This document shows, in pieces, positions 1 through 9,489 of a stretch of 64,000 nt of DNA; within the stretch, counting starts at the first letter, position 1; every line of letters begins with the position of its first letter. Under the pieces are notes generated by a model. That model was not told the DNA's origin. It searched no databases and saw nothing but the letters and a program-made list of their open reading frames with translations. Source of the stretch: an uncultured virus (IMG/VR IMGVR_UViG_3300025900_000203) (taxonomy: Duplodnaviria; Heunggongvirae; Uroviricota; Caudoviricetes); IMG/VR virus record IMGVR_UViG_3300025900_000203, one strand, 5' to 3'. The position numbers and the translations under genes are program-made.

Positions 1-95
1 CCCCTGGCGGTTGTCGCGCTGGGACTATTGGCGCTCGAAGCGTTCACTCGTCGTGGGCGACTTGCGCTTGAGTCGTTTACGCGTCGGAGGCGGCC

Positions 96-332
96 ATGAT
101 CTTCCTCCTGACGATTCACGACAAGATGCTCTACGGAGAGCCTGACATCGCCCTTGGTGTGGTCGAGGCTGATGATGAAGAGGCAGCTCTTCGAGCCGCG
201 AGGCCGACCATCGAGGCACTCGCAAACCAAGGTCGGGGACGCTGCGTGGTTCAAGCGCGGGCACTGAAACTGGGCAAGCTCTATCGACTGGGTGCGGTGG
301 TTCGTCTGCCGCCCGCGGATCGAGCGCTGTGA
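96..332 (+). CDS. hypothetical protein
   Basis: 78-aa ORF with GGAGG upstream. Confidence 0.6.
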   Translation: MIFLLTIHDKMLYGEPDIALGVVEADDEEAALRAARPTIEALANQGRGRCVVQARALKLGKLYRLGAVVRLPPADRAL

Positions 333-337
333 AGCCT

Positions 338-459
338 GGGTATTCGGTTACCCGTATCCCATTAGCTCTCCTTCGTGACGTGCAAGAGCCTGGGTATCTG
401 CATACCCAGATAGTTACATCAAGCACTTGCACGACATCTCCAACGGCACGCTGCGTGCT
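338..459 (+). promoter_or_regulatory. sigma54-type promoter with two upstream palindromic boxes and an IHF-like site
   Basis: GGGTATTCGGTTACCC (338-353), GGGTATCTGCATACCC (392-407), CATCAAGCACTTG (417-429), CGGCACGCTGCGTGCT GG-N10-GC (444-459). Confidence 0.75.
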
Positions 460-500
460 TTACATCTAAGAAGAAACGCGAACTGAACCCCTGAGGATTT

Positions 501-1376
501 ATGAGCAACAACCGCGCTGATTCCGCCCCTCGCCAAGAAGTCAAGATGTACGCCCCGGAAGACGTCGTCATCATCGGTCTCGACACCGAGGACGGTCCGT
601 CGCACCCGTTGTATGACGGCGAAAGCAACGCCGCGCCGCTGATCGAAGCCGACGTGGAGTTCACGAAGGAGCACGGCATCCTTCAGGCCGTTTGCTGCAA
701 GCGCGACGGTGACAGGCTCTTGGTCGTGTACGGCCGCGGTCGTACGCGTCAGCTCCGCGAGGCCAACAAGCGTCGCAAGGCAGAAGGGCAGGAGCCGTGG
801 TTCTTGCCCGTGAAGATCATCCGTGGAGACGAGAGCAAGTTGCTCGCGCTCAAGCACGGCGAGAACTCGCATCGTCGTGCGATCAACCCGCTCGCGCGGG
901 CACGTGAAGCCTACGATCTCGCGCAGCAGATGCCCGAAGCCAAGGCCGCCGTCATCTTGGGACTCGGCATCAACCAGTTCCGCAACGTGGTAAAGTTGCT
1001 CGATCTTGCACCGGCGGTCGCGAAGGCTGTCTCGAAGGGCGAGATCTCCGCGACGGCGGCCGTTGATCTGACCGGCCTGTCCGAGGTCGAGCAGACCGAG
1101 AAGCTTGCCGAGCTGATGAAGGCAAGCGGTGGTGAGAAGCCGACGATCCGCGACGTCAAGGCGGTGGTGCGCGAGGCGAACGGCAAGGCCCCGCTGTTGT
1201 CGCCGGCGCAGCGGATCACGAAGGTGTCGGAGGTGATCACCAAGCTCGACGATTCCGCGACCAAGGACGAGCTCTGGTCGACGATCCGGAAGATCAAGAG
1301 TCTCCTCGAAGATAAGGCGAAGAAGGAGAAGGCGGACAAGGCGAAGAAGGGTACTTCGCGGGCGAGCGCGTCGTGA
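501..1376 (+). CDS. ParB/Srx-like N-terminal domain protein with HTH
   Basis: GILQAV...LLVVYGRGR...ENSHR pattern followed by an HTH-like region; GAGGA RBS. Confidence 0.75.
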   Translation: MSNNRADSAPRQEVKMYAPEDVVIIGLDTEDGPSHPLYDGESNAAPLIEADVEFTKEHGILQAVCCKRDGDRLLVVYGRGRTRQLREANKRRKAEGQEPWFLPVKIIRGDESKLLALKHGENSHRRAINPLARAREAYDLAQQMPEAKAAVILGLGINQFRNVVKLLDLAPAVAKAVSKGEISATAAVDLTGLSEVEQTEKLAELMKASGGEKPTIRDVKAVVREANGKAPLLSPAQRITKVSEVITKLDDSATKDELWSTIRKIKSLLEDKAKKEKADKAKKGTSRASAS

Positions 1377-1597
1377 AGATCACATCCGCCACGACCATCG
1401 TCGAGCTGGAGATTCTCAAAGGCGAGCTTGGCGTCGCATCGGTGCGCACGGAGCTACTGGGACTTCGCCGACTCGCCGCGATCCGCCATCCTCAGTACGG
1501 CCACTTCGTGTGCACCGCGGACACCGAGGCAGAAGCGCTCGACGGCGCGTTCGCGAAGCTGATCACGGCGATCAGCGCCGCGCTCGCGGCATCCTGA
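1373..1597 (+). CDS. hypothetical protein
   Basis: GTGA overlap with upstream gene. Confidence 0.6.
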   Translation: MKITSATTIVELEILKGELGVASVRTELLGLRRLAAIRHPQYGHFVCTADTEAEALDGAFAKLITAISAALAAS

Positions 1598-1624
1598 GTT
1601 GCTGTCCTCGCAGCGAAGTAACAA

Positions 1625-1900
1625 ATGAAGCTCATACTTCAAACGCTCGACGGCAGGAACACCTTTCACGTGGATGCCCAACTCACGGGGTACACCATGG
1701 CTCTGAAAGCCGGTCAACCCGAGATCCATGCTGACACGGTCGTGTTCGAAGTAAGTGTTCCCTCTCTTGGGGAGTGCTTTTTCGTCGAGCCGAAAGCGCT
1801 GTGGGATGACCTGATCGGCTGCGGTTACCACATCCGTGAGTTGACGGAACAAGCCGCAGAGGCCCGCCGGAAGAGTTGTGATGTTGACCGACCCTTCTGA
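1625..1900 (+). CDS. hypothetical protein
   Basis: 91-aa ORF in co-directional run. Confidence 0.55.
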   Translation: MKLILQTLDGRNTFHVDAQLTGYTMALKAGQPEIHADTVVFEVSVPSLGECFFVEPKALWDDLIGCGYHIRELTEQAAEARRKSCDVDRPF

Positions 1901-1949
1901 ACCACCTGCGAACGTGGAGGTCTGTGATGTCGACCGACCCTTCTGAACC
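1877..1949 (+). repeat. 27-nt direct repeat (1 mismatch), 46-nt period, at a gene junction
   Basis: TGTGATGT(T/C)GACCGACCCTTCTGAACC at 1877-1903 and 1923-1949. Confidence 0.85.
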
Positions 1950-3816
1950 GCTCGTGTTGTCCTACGGCATGGGCGTTGACTCGACCGCGGTGCTCGTGGG
2001 GTGGTGGCAGCGTGGCATTCGCCCGCACTGGATCGGGCACGCCCAGGTCGGCAACGAATGGCCGGAGACCTACGCGTATCGGCCGATCATCGACCGATGG
2101 CTCGCCGACGTTGGATTTCCGACGATCACAGACGTGCGGTACATCGTAAAGCGTCCCAAGCACGGGAACTACTCGACGCTGGAAGAGAACTGCCGTGTGA
2201 ATCGCACGCTGCCGTCGCTCGCATTCGGCTACAAGAAGTGCTCGCTCAAGTGGAAAGGCGGGCCACTCGATGCGGCATGTGCCGACTACTTCGAGGAGTA
2301 CATCGCGGCAGGCAGGACGATTCAGCGTGCGATCGGCTACGACGACGGCTCGTGCGACTCGCGCCGCGGCGGTGTGGAGACCGAAGGTCCATGGAAGTGG
2401 ATCTATCCGCTGCGCGAGTGGGGCTGGGATCGCGCGCGGTGTGTGGAAGAGATCAAGGCTGCTGGTCTTCCGGTTCCACCGAAGAGTGCCTGTACCTTCT
2501 GTCTTGGCGGAGAGACAGAAGTTGTTACGCGTGAGGGCGTTCGGCCTATTAATGAACTCGCAGGCGGCCACCATGAACTATTAGTCCCCCAGCGCTACAA
2601 GCTGGGTGGACTAGCACATCGCGGAAAATTTGTAAATGTTGAAGTTCGTAGTTTCGGGATTCAGCCGTTGTTTGAGGTCAAACTACAGCGCGGGTCTGCT
2701 ACTCGAACTGTCAGGACTACGGCGGAGCATCGCTGGTTTGTCACAAGCAAATCTCAATGGACATCGATCGTCGAATCAACACGTACAACCGCAACCTTAC
2801 AAGTTGGAGATAAGCTGCGCACACTGCGAGCTTCACCTCCTGTGAAAGAACAACCTATGGCAGCGGCAATCGCACAAGGTTTTACTTTCGGGGACGGAAC
2901 ACGCGGCCACGGAGAACGGCCAGCTTCAGTTGTCTTTCACGGCGCTAAAGATCGATCGCTGATCAAGTTTTTTACGGCAAGTGTTCCGCGAATGACGACC
3001 GTCAATGGCCGGAGAGAGAAGTTGGTGTACGGGCTTCCAAGGTTTTGGAAGGATCTTCCACCTATTCGCGAGTCTCGTGCTTTTTTGCTCTCATGGCTGG
3101 CTGGTTATTTCGCAGCTGATGGTTCTGTACTGAAAAGCGGCGTCGCTGCGTTGGAGTCTGCCAGTCTAGAATCGCTTAAGTTCGCCAGATCTGCCGCAGC
3201 TGTCTGCGGTGTTGGCTACAGCAGAATCCAGAAACGTATGCGTTTAGGAAAGGGGAAAACCCCTTCAGCACTATACCGTTTTCACCTTCGACGGTCTGAT
3301 CTTCCTAAATGGTTCTTCCTAATCAAGAAGCATCGTGACCGAGCACTCGCGGTCAAGCGGCATCGGCAGGATGATCCTTGGAAGGTTGTAGCTGTCCGTG
3401 CTTTGCAGTGTCGCGAGGAAGTGTTCTGCGCCGTTGTGCCGGGTGCTGCGGCATTCGGACTTTCTGAAGATCTAATGACCGGCAATTGTCCATCGACGAA
3501 GCCGGCAGAGCTGATCCAACTCGCCAAGCGGCATCCTGACCTCGCACGGCGCGCGATCGAGATGGAGGATCTCGCGCGGCCGGGGCTGATCAAGATCGAA
3601 GGCCTCTGGGGCAAGGGCGTCAAGGGGACGCGCGGTGGAGAGAAGAAGCCTGGATCGTGGCGAGCATTTCTTGCGGAGCATGCTCCCGAGGTGCTGCCGC
3701 CACTGCCCTCGGAGCTGCCGCCACTGCCCTCGGAGCTGCCTGCAGTGACCGAGGTGCTACCGCCACTGCCCTCGGAGCTGCAGCCGCCCCCGGAACTAGA
3801 AAAGAAGGTGTCATGA
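1927..3816 (+). CDS. PAPS reductase/adenine nucleotide alpha-hydrolase-like protein containing an intein
   Basis: PP-loop-like SYGMGVDS, E-W-P-E-T-Y, KCSLKWK, YPLREWGW, KSACTF|CP after splicing; GGAGG RBS; Pro-rich C-terminal repeats. Confidence 0.8.
   Translation: MSTDPSEPLVLSYGMGVDSTAVLVGWWQRGIRPHWIGHAQVGNEWPETYAYRPIIDRWLADVGFPTITDVRYIVKRPKHGNYSTLEENCRVNRTLPSLAFGYKKCSLKWKGGPLDAACADYFEEYIAAGRTIQRAIGYDDGSCDSRRGGVETEGPWKWIYPLREWGWDRARCVEEIKAAGLPVPPKSACTFCLGGETEVVTREGVRPINELAGGHHELLVPQRYKLGGLAHRGKFVNVEVRSFGIQPLFEVKLQRGSATRTVRTTAEHRWFVTSKSQWTSIVESTRTTATLQVGDKLRTLRASPPVKEQPMAAAIAQGFTFGDGTRGHGERPASVVFHGAKDRSLIKFFTASVPRMTTVNGRREKLVYGLPRFWKDLPPIRESRAFLLSWLAGYFAADGSVLKSGVAALESASLESLKFARSAAAVCGVGYSRIQKRMRLGKGKTPSALYRFHLRRSDLPKWFFLIKKHRDRALAVKRHRQDDPWKVVAVRALQCREEVFCAVVPGAAAFGLSEDLMTGNCPSTKPAELIQLAKRHPDLARRAIEMEDLARPGLIKIEGLWGKGVKGTRGGEKKPGSWRAFLAEHAPEVLPPLPSELPPLPSELPAVTEVLPPLPSELQPPPELEKKVS
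2500..3486 (+). other. intein (329 aa) with LAGLIDADG homing endonuclease
   Basis: Starts CLGGETEV, block B TTAEHRW, LAGLIDADG-like QGFTFGDG and LAGYFAADG, ends MTGN|C; visibly more AT-rich than flanks. Confidence 0.92.
3688..3790 (+). repeat. coding tandem repeat (LPPLPSE)x3
   Basis: CCGCCACTGCCCTCGGAGCTG repeated three times. Confidence 0.85.
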
Positions 3817-4172
3817 GCGATACGAATGAACCGCGTGCGGCGACCGCTGCGGAGATGAGCCGTCAGCTCGTCGAGCACATGCGCGAGGTTGCCATCTATT
3901 GGGCGAAGACGGATCTGACGCGGCCAGAGTTCGCGAAGCACGTCGCGACCGTGGAGAGTGATCGTCTCTATCGCATCACCGGCTTTATCCACAGCCTGCT
4001 CGTCGCCTTCAGTGGCTACGCCGGGGGCTTGCCATTTGGAATCAAGCTTCAAACCGAAGGAAACAGTCAGGAAGACATCCAGTTTTTCCGTGAGTGTGGA
4101 GAGAACTGGTACCCGAACGGCGAAGTGCTTGAGGGTTTGCGGGAACTCTGGCGGACACGGTGTCCAGAATGA
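3813..4172 (+). CDS. hypothetical protein
   Basis: ATGA overlap, starts MSDTNEP. Confidence 0.65.
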   Translation: MSDTNEPRAATAAEMSRQLVEHMREVAIYWAKTDLTRPEFAKHVATVESDRLYRITGFIHSLLVAFSGYAGGLPFGIKLQTEGNSQEDIQFFRECGENWYPNGEVLEGLRELWRTRCPE

Positions 4173-4411
4173 CGGCGCCTGTGAAAGACGATGATCCAGA
4201 GTATCGGATCGCGTACGACGTCGATCGCTGCAAGGTCGGCTGCGTGCTCATTCAAGTCGCTCTTGGCGGCGACGTGCCGCACGATCTCTTTTACAACCAT
4301 TTTCCGGCGGAAGGCTGGACGGTCGCCGTGAGTGGTTGCCAAGTCTATCCGATCCGCCGCAGTCAACTGCCGCTGCTTGCGGCACGCACCTCGTTGGACG
4401 AAAGGGACTGA
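4169..4411 (+). CDS. hypothetical protein
   Basis: ATGA overlap, starts MTAPVK. Confidence 0.6.
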   Translation: MTAPVKDDDPEYRIAYDVDRCKVGCVLIQVALGGDVPHDLFYNHFPAEGWTVAVSGCQVYPIRRSQLPLLAARTSLDERD

Positions 4412-4414
4412 TCA

Positions 4415-5605
4415 ATGGGTCGCAAGCTAATGCGTGTACCGATGGACTTCAGCTGGCCGGCACACAAGGTCTGGAAGGGCTACATCAACCCGTATGCGAA
4501 ACTCCAAGTTCGCTGTGCTGCCTGCGATTTCGGCGAATATGCGCCACGCGGGTACTCGCCCGAAGGGTTTCGCTACCATCAAGAGTGGTATGGCCACGTG
4601 TCCTTCGATCCGATCGCGTACGGGGCTGTGCCGATCGACATCACACATCCGCGTATCCGAGAGTTCGCAACCGCGCAGGTGAATCGTCACCCACAGCACT
4701 TCATGACACACGAGGAGCTGGGCCGCGAGCGTAAAAACCTTCAGCGCGCAGGCGTCGACTTGATCGAGCTCATGAAGACGACGGAAGAGTTGAAGGCAGA
4801 GCTGAACAGCCCAGCCAGCGAGCTTGAAGATCTTCAGAAGGAAGGCTTGGTTCGGATCGACAATCATCGAGGCCCTGCGATCGAGCGTGAGATCAAGCGA
4901 CTCTACGAGGTCTGCGTCAAAGACCACTGGAGCCATCATCTGATCCAAGCGGACGTGGACGCGCTTGTGGCGGATGGCCGTCTCCGAGATTTCACCCATC
5001 GCCCTCGTACCCAGGCGCAAGTCGAGCAACTTGCAGCGCAAGAAGCCGCGAGCGGTTCGGGCTATTGGCTCGAAGAGCCGAACGGCCACCATCCGACGGC
5101 AGAGGAGGTCAACACGTGGTCACTGTTCGGCATGAGCCACGACTCGATCAACGCATGGTGCTGCATGCATGCACGTGCCGCTCGTGAAGGTGTCGAGCTG
5201 ACGTGTCAGGCATGTGCCGGGTCTGGGGACCTATGGGTGGATGTCGAGTACGACGACCTGCCGCGGCTGACCGAAGGGCTCCTCAAGCCGGATGCGATCC
5301 TCGCGATCAAGCCCATCGGCAAGATGGTTCCTGCAGCGACTGTCGAGCAGCTTTGCGAAGAGTGGAAGGATTACGATCCGCCCGAGGGTCCAGGCTTCCA
5401 GCTCTGGGAGACGACCTCCGAAGGCAGCCCCGTCTCGCCCGTGTTCGCTTCTATCGAGGAGCTATGCGAGCACTGCGAGAAGCATCAGTCGACGTTCGGA
5501 ACAGATAACTTCGTCTCGAAGGAATGTTGGCGCGAGATGCTCGAGGCGGATTTCGTCCATCACACGGAGACGCGTGCAGACGGCGGCTCCAACATCTTCA
5601 TGTAG
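4415..5605 (+). CDS. phage-type hypothetical protein with CxxC pairs
   Basis: MGRxLxRVPxDFxWP N-terminus, CxxCxGxG, GFQLWETTSEGSPVSPVF C-terminal block. Confidence 0.75.
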   Translation: MGRKLMRVPMDFSWPAHKVWKGYINPYAKLQVRCAACDFGEYAPRGYSPEGFRYHQEWYGHVSFDPIAYGAVPIDITHPRIREFATAQVNRHPQHFMTHEELGRERKNLQRAGVDLIELMKTTEELKAELNSPASELEDLQKEGLVRIDNHRGPAIEREIKRLYEVCVKDHWSHHLIQADVDALVADGRLRDFTHRPRTQAQVEQLAAQEAASGSGYWLEEPNGHHPTAEEVNTWSLFGMSHDSINAWCCMHARAAREGVELTCQACAGSGDLWVDVEYDDLPRLTEGLLKPDAILAIKPIGKMVPAATVEQLCEEWKDYDPPEGPGFQLWETTSEGSPVSPVFASIEELCEHCEKHQSTFGTDNFVSKECWREMLEADFVHHTETRADGGSNIFM

Positions 5606-5619
5606 GAGATCCTTTAACG

Positions 5620-6780
5620 ATGCCATTCCTATTTCTTACGCCGACGAGCCGTCAGTTCCCGCATGATGCTGTGTGCGGCCAAATTGTCCGCGCGCTGCAC
5701 GCGCGAAACTTCCAAGCCGAGGGCTTCCACATCGAGCTTCGAACGTACGGTACCGGGCAGCAGAAGCTTCGATACGTCGAACTGATCCAAAGCGAGGAAC
5801 ACGACATCCGCATTCGTTTCGGCCGTCCGCAAGGGCTCTTGCAGGGTGGATCGTTCAACGACGTTGCTGCGGTAAACGAGGTGCAACTGCCGCGTCAGAT
5901 CCTTCGCGTGTTCGAGGACGAATCGGGACCGACTCTTCATCGATACGTTGGTGACGATTGGGCCCACGATCGCACTACGTGGTGGTCGAAACCAAACGCG
6001 CGACTTCACCAAGAGTCCAGGCGTTGTGTGACGTACTCGGGGAAATATCCTCGGCATCCAGGCGTCCGGCCTGTTTGGCTCGTACACCAGACGGACTATC
6101 GTGAGTACGCGCCTGAGGGCGAGGAGCCGACGTGTATCGACACAGATCGGGTGATGGAGGAGTTTCGCACGGCCCTGGAGACCCTCCGCGACACGATCTT
6201 GAAGTTGCCGATCGCAGAGAAGATCGATCCGGTATGGAAAGATCCAGCGGAGATTCCGTTCCCGGCAGGTGTGCCTGCAGGTCCTTTCTTCACACGTGGT
6301 AACGCGCGTGATGTGCGTCGCATCGAACGAGGGCAGCGCAACATCGATGACCTCGCGCTGGCAGATCGTTACGGGCTTCTTGGCGGGCAGCGGCTCGCGC
6401 CGCTGAATGTGCGCGATGTGCCGAAGGTGGCCTATGATGGCTTTATTTGGTGCAGTGCCTTACCTACCGCTTCCAATGACGCTCTTCGCTACGACGCGTT
6501 TCTGGGCGACAGGGACACACTCATCCGAATCACTCCCAAGGATGCGCGTGGCATCTACGTGGTCGATCACGCCGCGTACACAAAACGCCGTGCTGATCTA
6601 TCCGCGCAACTGCAGGGTCGCGATCAATTAACCGATGGAGAGGTCGCGGACATCCAGCGGGCACGAGCGCTCACGATCGTTCCGATCCTCGAATACACCG
6701 GGGACTACGAAGACCCGCTATATCTCATCAACCGCGAGCTTGGGTTGGACGAAGTCGAAGTGCCGAGGCCTCTCACGTGA
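5620..6780 (+). CDS. hypothetical protein
   Basis: Long ORF, AGGAG upstream of ATG 5620. Confidence 0.7.
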   Translation: MPFLFLTPTSRQFPHDAVCGQIVRALHARNFQAEGFHIELRTYGTGQQKLRYVELIQSEEHDIRIRFGRPQGLLQGGSFNDVAAVNEVQLPRQILRVFEDESGPTLHRYVGDDWAHDRTTWWSKPNARLHQESRRCVTYSGKYPRHPGVRPVWLVHQTDYREYAPEGEEPTCIDTDRVMEEFRTALETLRDTILKLPIAEKIDPVWKDPAEIPFPAGVPAGPFFTRGNARDVRRIERGQRNIDDLALADRYGLLGGQRLAPLNVRDVPKVAYDGFIWCSALPTASNDALRYDAFLGDRDTLIRITPKDARGIYVVDHAAYTKRRADLSAQLQGRDQLTDGEVADIQRARALTIVPILEYTGDYEDPLYLINRELGLDEVEVPRPLT

Positions 6781-7235
6781 TCACGTGGCCGCAAGCAATC
6801 GGTATCCTCGCCTTCGTCCTCAATGTCTGGGGGAACCTGGCATTGACGCGGCAGAAGAACCACGGGCACGTGGTGCGGTTGCTCTCGAACGCGTGTTGGC
6901 TGATCTACAGCCCGCTCGTCGGCGCGTGGGCACTGTTGGCAAACCACGCCACGTTCGCCGGTATCAACTTGCTCGGCTACTATCGCTGGAAGCAGATCGA
7001 GCGTGTGAGAGCTGCAACGGTGCCTGCAGCTCCGAAGCTGCTGCAGCACGATCGTGACGCTCTCTCGTGCGCATACCATCGTGAGGCGATTCAAGCGCTG
7101 CGTGCGGCCCGAAACGGTCACGGAGATTTAGACACGATCGCGGCGGTGGCCCGTAACCTTCGCGACTCTTTCGAATGGATGTATCCCGATTTCTGGCGAG
7201 ACGATCCAGAGTTCGTGCCCTTCAAGCAGCGCTGA
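6777..7235 (+). CDS. membrane protein, PnuC-like half-transporter N-terminus
   Basis: Three hydrophobic helices ending GYYRWK. Confidence 0.5.
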   Translation: MITWPQAIGILAFVLNVWGNLALTRQKNHGHVVRLLSNACWLIYSPLVGAWALLANHATFAGINLLGYYRWKQIERVRAATVPAAPKLLQHDRDALSCAYHREAIQALRAARNGHGDLDTIAAVARNLRDSFEWMYPDFWRDDPEFVPFKQR

Positions 7236-7237
7236 CA

Positions 7238-7462
7238 CTATTTCTCAGACTCTTGTGACGTTGTAGACGACCCTTTGAGGGTCGACGCGATCGTCATCGC
7301 AGCCTTCGTCGTGGCATACGTGCCGAAGATCCACTCGGAGAATGTCGTCCATTGGTCGACGGTCATCTTGCCGAGCCCTGTCAGGACCGACGCTACGATG
7401 ATCAGCGCGAGCGCGAGGATGCCTTTGCCGGTGGAAAAGAGGTCAGAGAGTGCTGCTTGCAT
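7238..7462 (-). CDS. small membrane protein (holin-like)
   Basis: 74 aa, strong TM helix plus a second amphipathic/TM segment, charged tail. Confidence 0.5.
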   Translation of the reverse strand: MQAALSDLFSTGKGILALALIIVASVLTGLGKMTVDQWTTFSEWIFGTYATTKAAMTIASTLKGSSTTSQESEK

Positions 7463-7510
7463 GACCCTGAGGCTACAAGCAGCTCTTCTGGGAGGCGAAT
7501 TTTAGCTGCC

Positions 7511-7729
7511 CTACAACGGGCTCTTGTCGAACTTCTGGTCGAGCGCGTCGTCCGCGCTCTTGCGATCCGCGGCTAGTTGATCGTTCAGCTTTTGAGCTTC
7601 TTCAAGGGTCGCCTTGAGCTGAGCGGTCGCGCTCGCGAGCGATTGCTTGGCCTTGTCGATCTCGTTCGCGAGACCCTCAGCGGTCATGACCAAGAGCTTG
7701 ATGATCTCGATCGTGGCTTCGATGTTCAT
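7511..7729 (-). CDS. coiled-coil protein
   Basis: Heptad-rich 72 aa; overlaps stop of upstream lipoprotein. Confidence 0.6.
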   Translation of the reverse strand: MNIEATIEIIKLLVMTAEGLANEIDKAKQSLASATAQLKATLEEAQKLNDQLAADRKSADDALDQKFDKSPL

Positions 7730-8118
7730 AGCGGGTCCTTCATGGTTTTGAGCGTGTCTACCATCTTGAGCACGTCCGCGACGGCAGTGACTGCATCGTG
7801 CGAGCTCTTGGCATCATCGAGCAGCGCCGCGCCGTAGATCAGATGATACGCGTCGTCGAAGGCGCGAGCGATCTTGTCCACGCCAGCCCGCCACGTCGCG
7901 AGCTGCGCTTTACCTTCTTCTTTGGAGGTTGCGCTGGCGACGATCTGCGCCTCTCGAGCTTTGCTGACCGATAGCAGCGTGTCACGAGCGACGTTGAGCG
8001 TGACAAGGCTGGTGCGCAGCGCTTGTGTCCTCGCGTTCACCCCACAGGCGACGAGTAGGAGCGCGATCAGGAGAATGCTGGATACGTGCAGGGGACGTCT
8101 TCGTTTTCCGTACTTCAT
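7726..8118 (-). CDS. helical lipoprotein
   Basis: Basic N-terminus, hydrophobic stretch, lipobox LVAC. Confidence 0.7.
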   Translation of the reverse strand: MKYGKRRRPLHVSSILLIALLLVACGVNARTQALRTSLVTLNVARDTLLSVSKAREAQIVASATSKEEGKAQLATWRAGVDKIARAFDDAYHLIYGAALLDDAKSSHDAVTAVADVLKMVDTLKTMKDPL

Positions 8119-8156
8119 GCACTTACCCTACGCGTGCACTGTGACGAGGTCGATTT

Positions 8157-8435
8157 TCACACGCGAAATCTCGTTCTCGTGAGATCTACGAAGCGCGTCC
8201 ATCCAGTGCCGTCGTGATCGGTGAACCGTGTCATGTGGTAGGGCTTGCCGAGCAGCATCACGCCTGTGAAGTTCTCGATCACGGAGGTGCGGTCGACCTT
8301 GATGCTGATCGATACACCTCCGGTTTTGGGGGCGTCAGGCGAGATCACAAACTGAAAATTTCCACGCTCCGTACGAGCTTCGCCGGCGCGCCTGTCGAAG
8401 ATACCGACGCTTGTTTTGAAGGTGTCTTCGGCCAT
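8157..8435 (-). CDS. hypothetical protein, paralog of 59874..60209
   Basis: Shared DRTxVIxNFxGVxLLGxxYHMTRxTxxDGTGWxRFxD block. Confidence 0.75.
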   Translation of the reverse strand: MAEDTFKTSVGIFDRRAGEARTERGNFQFVISPDAPKTGGVSISIKVDRTSVIENFTGVMLLGKPYHMTRFTDHDGTGWTRFVDLTRTRFRV

Positions 8436-8439
8436 TGTT

Positions 8440-8640
8440 TCAACCTTTCAGCTCGGAGATCGTGGGCGCTGCCCCGCAATCTCTGCATAGATCGTCAGGC
8501 CATCGTTCCAGCTTGCCGCCAGAATAGATATTCCCAGGTTCGTAGAGCTGCTTGCAGCATCGACAGCGGCCTGGAATTCCTGCCCAGAACGTTCGTCCAA
8601 GCTTCTTGATCTCGATGCCGTGTTCACAGCGCATGGTCAT
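8440..8640 (-). CDS. small Cys-rich protein
   Basis: CEH, CxCC, CxxC. Confidence 0.55.
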   Translation of the reverse strand: MTMRCEHGIEIKKLGRTFWAGIPGRCRCCKQLYEPGNIYSGGKLERWPDDLCRDCGAAPTISELKG

Positions 8641-9289
8641 GAACTCTCCGTCCTGCCTGTTTCTTCACTGGGATCCGGACCATTGTCACACGCTTGATCA
8701 GGTCGCGGTCGATCTTCAGCTTGATGCCAAGCATGTCCGCAGCGAGCACGAACGCTAGCGCGATCGGACCGCCTGTCAGCTCCCCCAGTGCGGCAGCTGC
8801 TCCGAGGGCGATCGCGTTTTCGGTCTCGTGCATGTCGACGATCGAGATCTCATCCACCTTGGCACCTGCTGCACAGTTGTCCGGCGACGATGTCACCATG
8901 TGATAACGGCACACGGTGGGACGAACCGCATAGACGTCGCAGCGCTGAGAGCTCGTTAGAAACACGCACGACAACTTACGTCGGAAGAATGCAATTCGCG
9001 CGTCTTCATCGAGAACGTTGACACCGTCATACGCTACGAGTTGGCGCGTCAGCTCACGCTCAAGCGCAGGCCGCCGTTTCGGCCAATCGTTACGCTGCGT
9101 GAGGTAATCGACGATCGGCACCATCTCTGGGATGGTCGCGGTGGCCGGTAGCTGACAGCAGTGCGAGCAGCCCTCTTTGCATGGAGTGCCCATCCGCTCG
9201 GCAATCTCTTTTGCGGCTGGATCGTGCTCACGATAGAGCTGGAGCACGACCTTGCCGGCACGACGGGCGAGCCGCGCGTCTTGGCTCAT
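8624..9289 (-). CDS. YkgJ-family cysteine cluster (Fe-S/Zn) protein
   Basis: CKEGCSHCC...CVFL...CDVYAVRPTVCR. Confidence 0.85.
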   Translation of the reverse strand: MSQDARLARRAGKVVLQLYREHDPAAKEIAERMGTPCKEGCSHCCQLPATATIPEMVPIVDYLTQRNDWPKRRPALERELTRQLVAYDGVNVLDEDARIAFFRRKLSCVFLTSSQRCDVYAVRPTVCRYHMVTSSPDNCAAGAKVDEISIVDMHETENAIALGAAAALGELTGGPIALAFVLAADMLGIKLKIDRDLIKRVTMVRIPVKKQAGRRVHDHAL

Positions 9290-9489
9290 CGCGCTCCGCA
9301 CTGCGGGCAGTCGACGTTGGCACAGCGGTTGTTGCAACGATAGGTTTCTCGCCACTCGTTGTTGTAAACCTGACAAGCACGATCGTGCGCACGGTCGTCG
9401 AAATAGCTCTCACGTTGCGGAGCACCTTCTGGAAACGATCGCGTCGGCTGAAGCCAGAATCGCGAAACTTCCCGTTGCTGGCGGCTCAC
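9286..9489 (-). CDS. small Zn-finger-like protein
   Basis: Cys-rich C-terminus; ATGA overlaps on both sides. Confidence 0.55.
   Translation of the reverse strand: MSRQQREVSRFWLQPTRSFPEGAPQRESYFDDRAHDRACQVYNNEWRETYRCNNRCANVDCPQCGAR

Noticed and set aside
501..1376. Canonical ParABS partition locus
   Set aside because: No ParA in view and the arginine patch is atypical; the upstream palindromes belong to the sigma54 box family.
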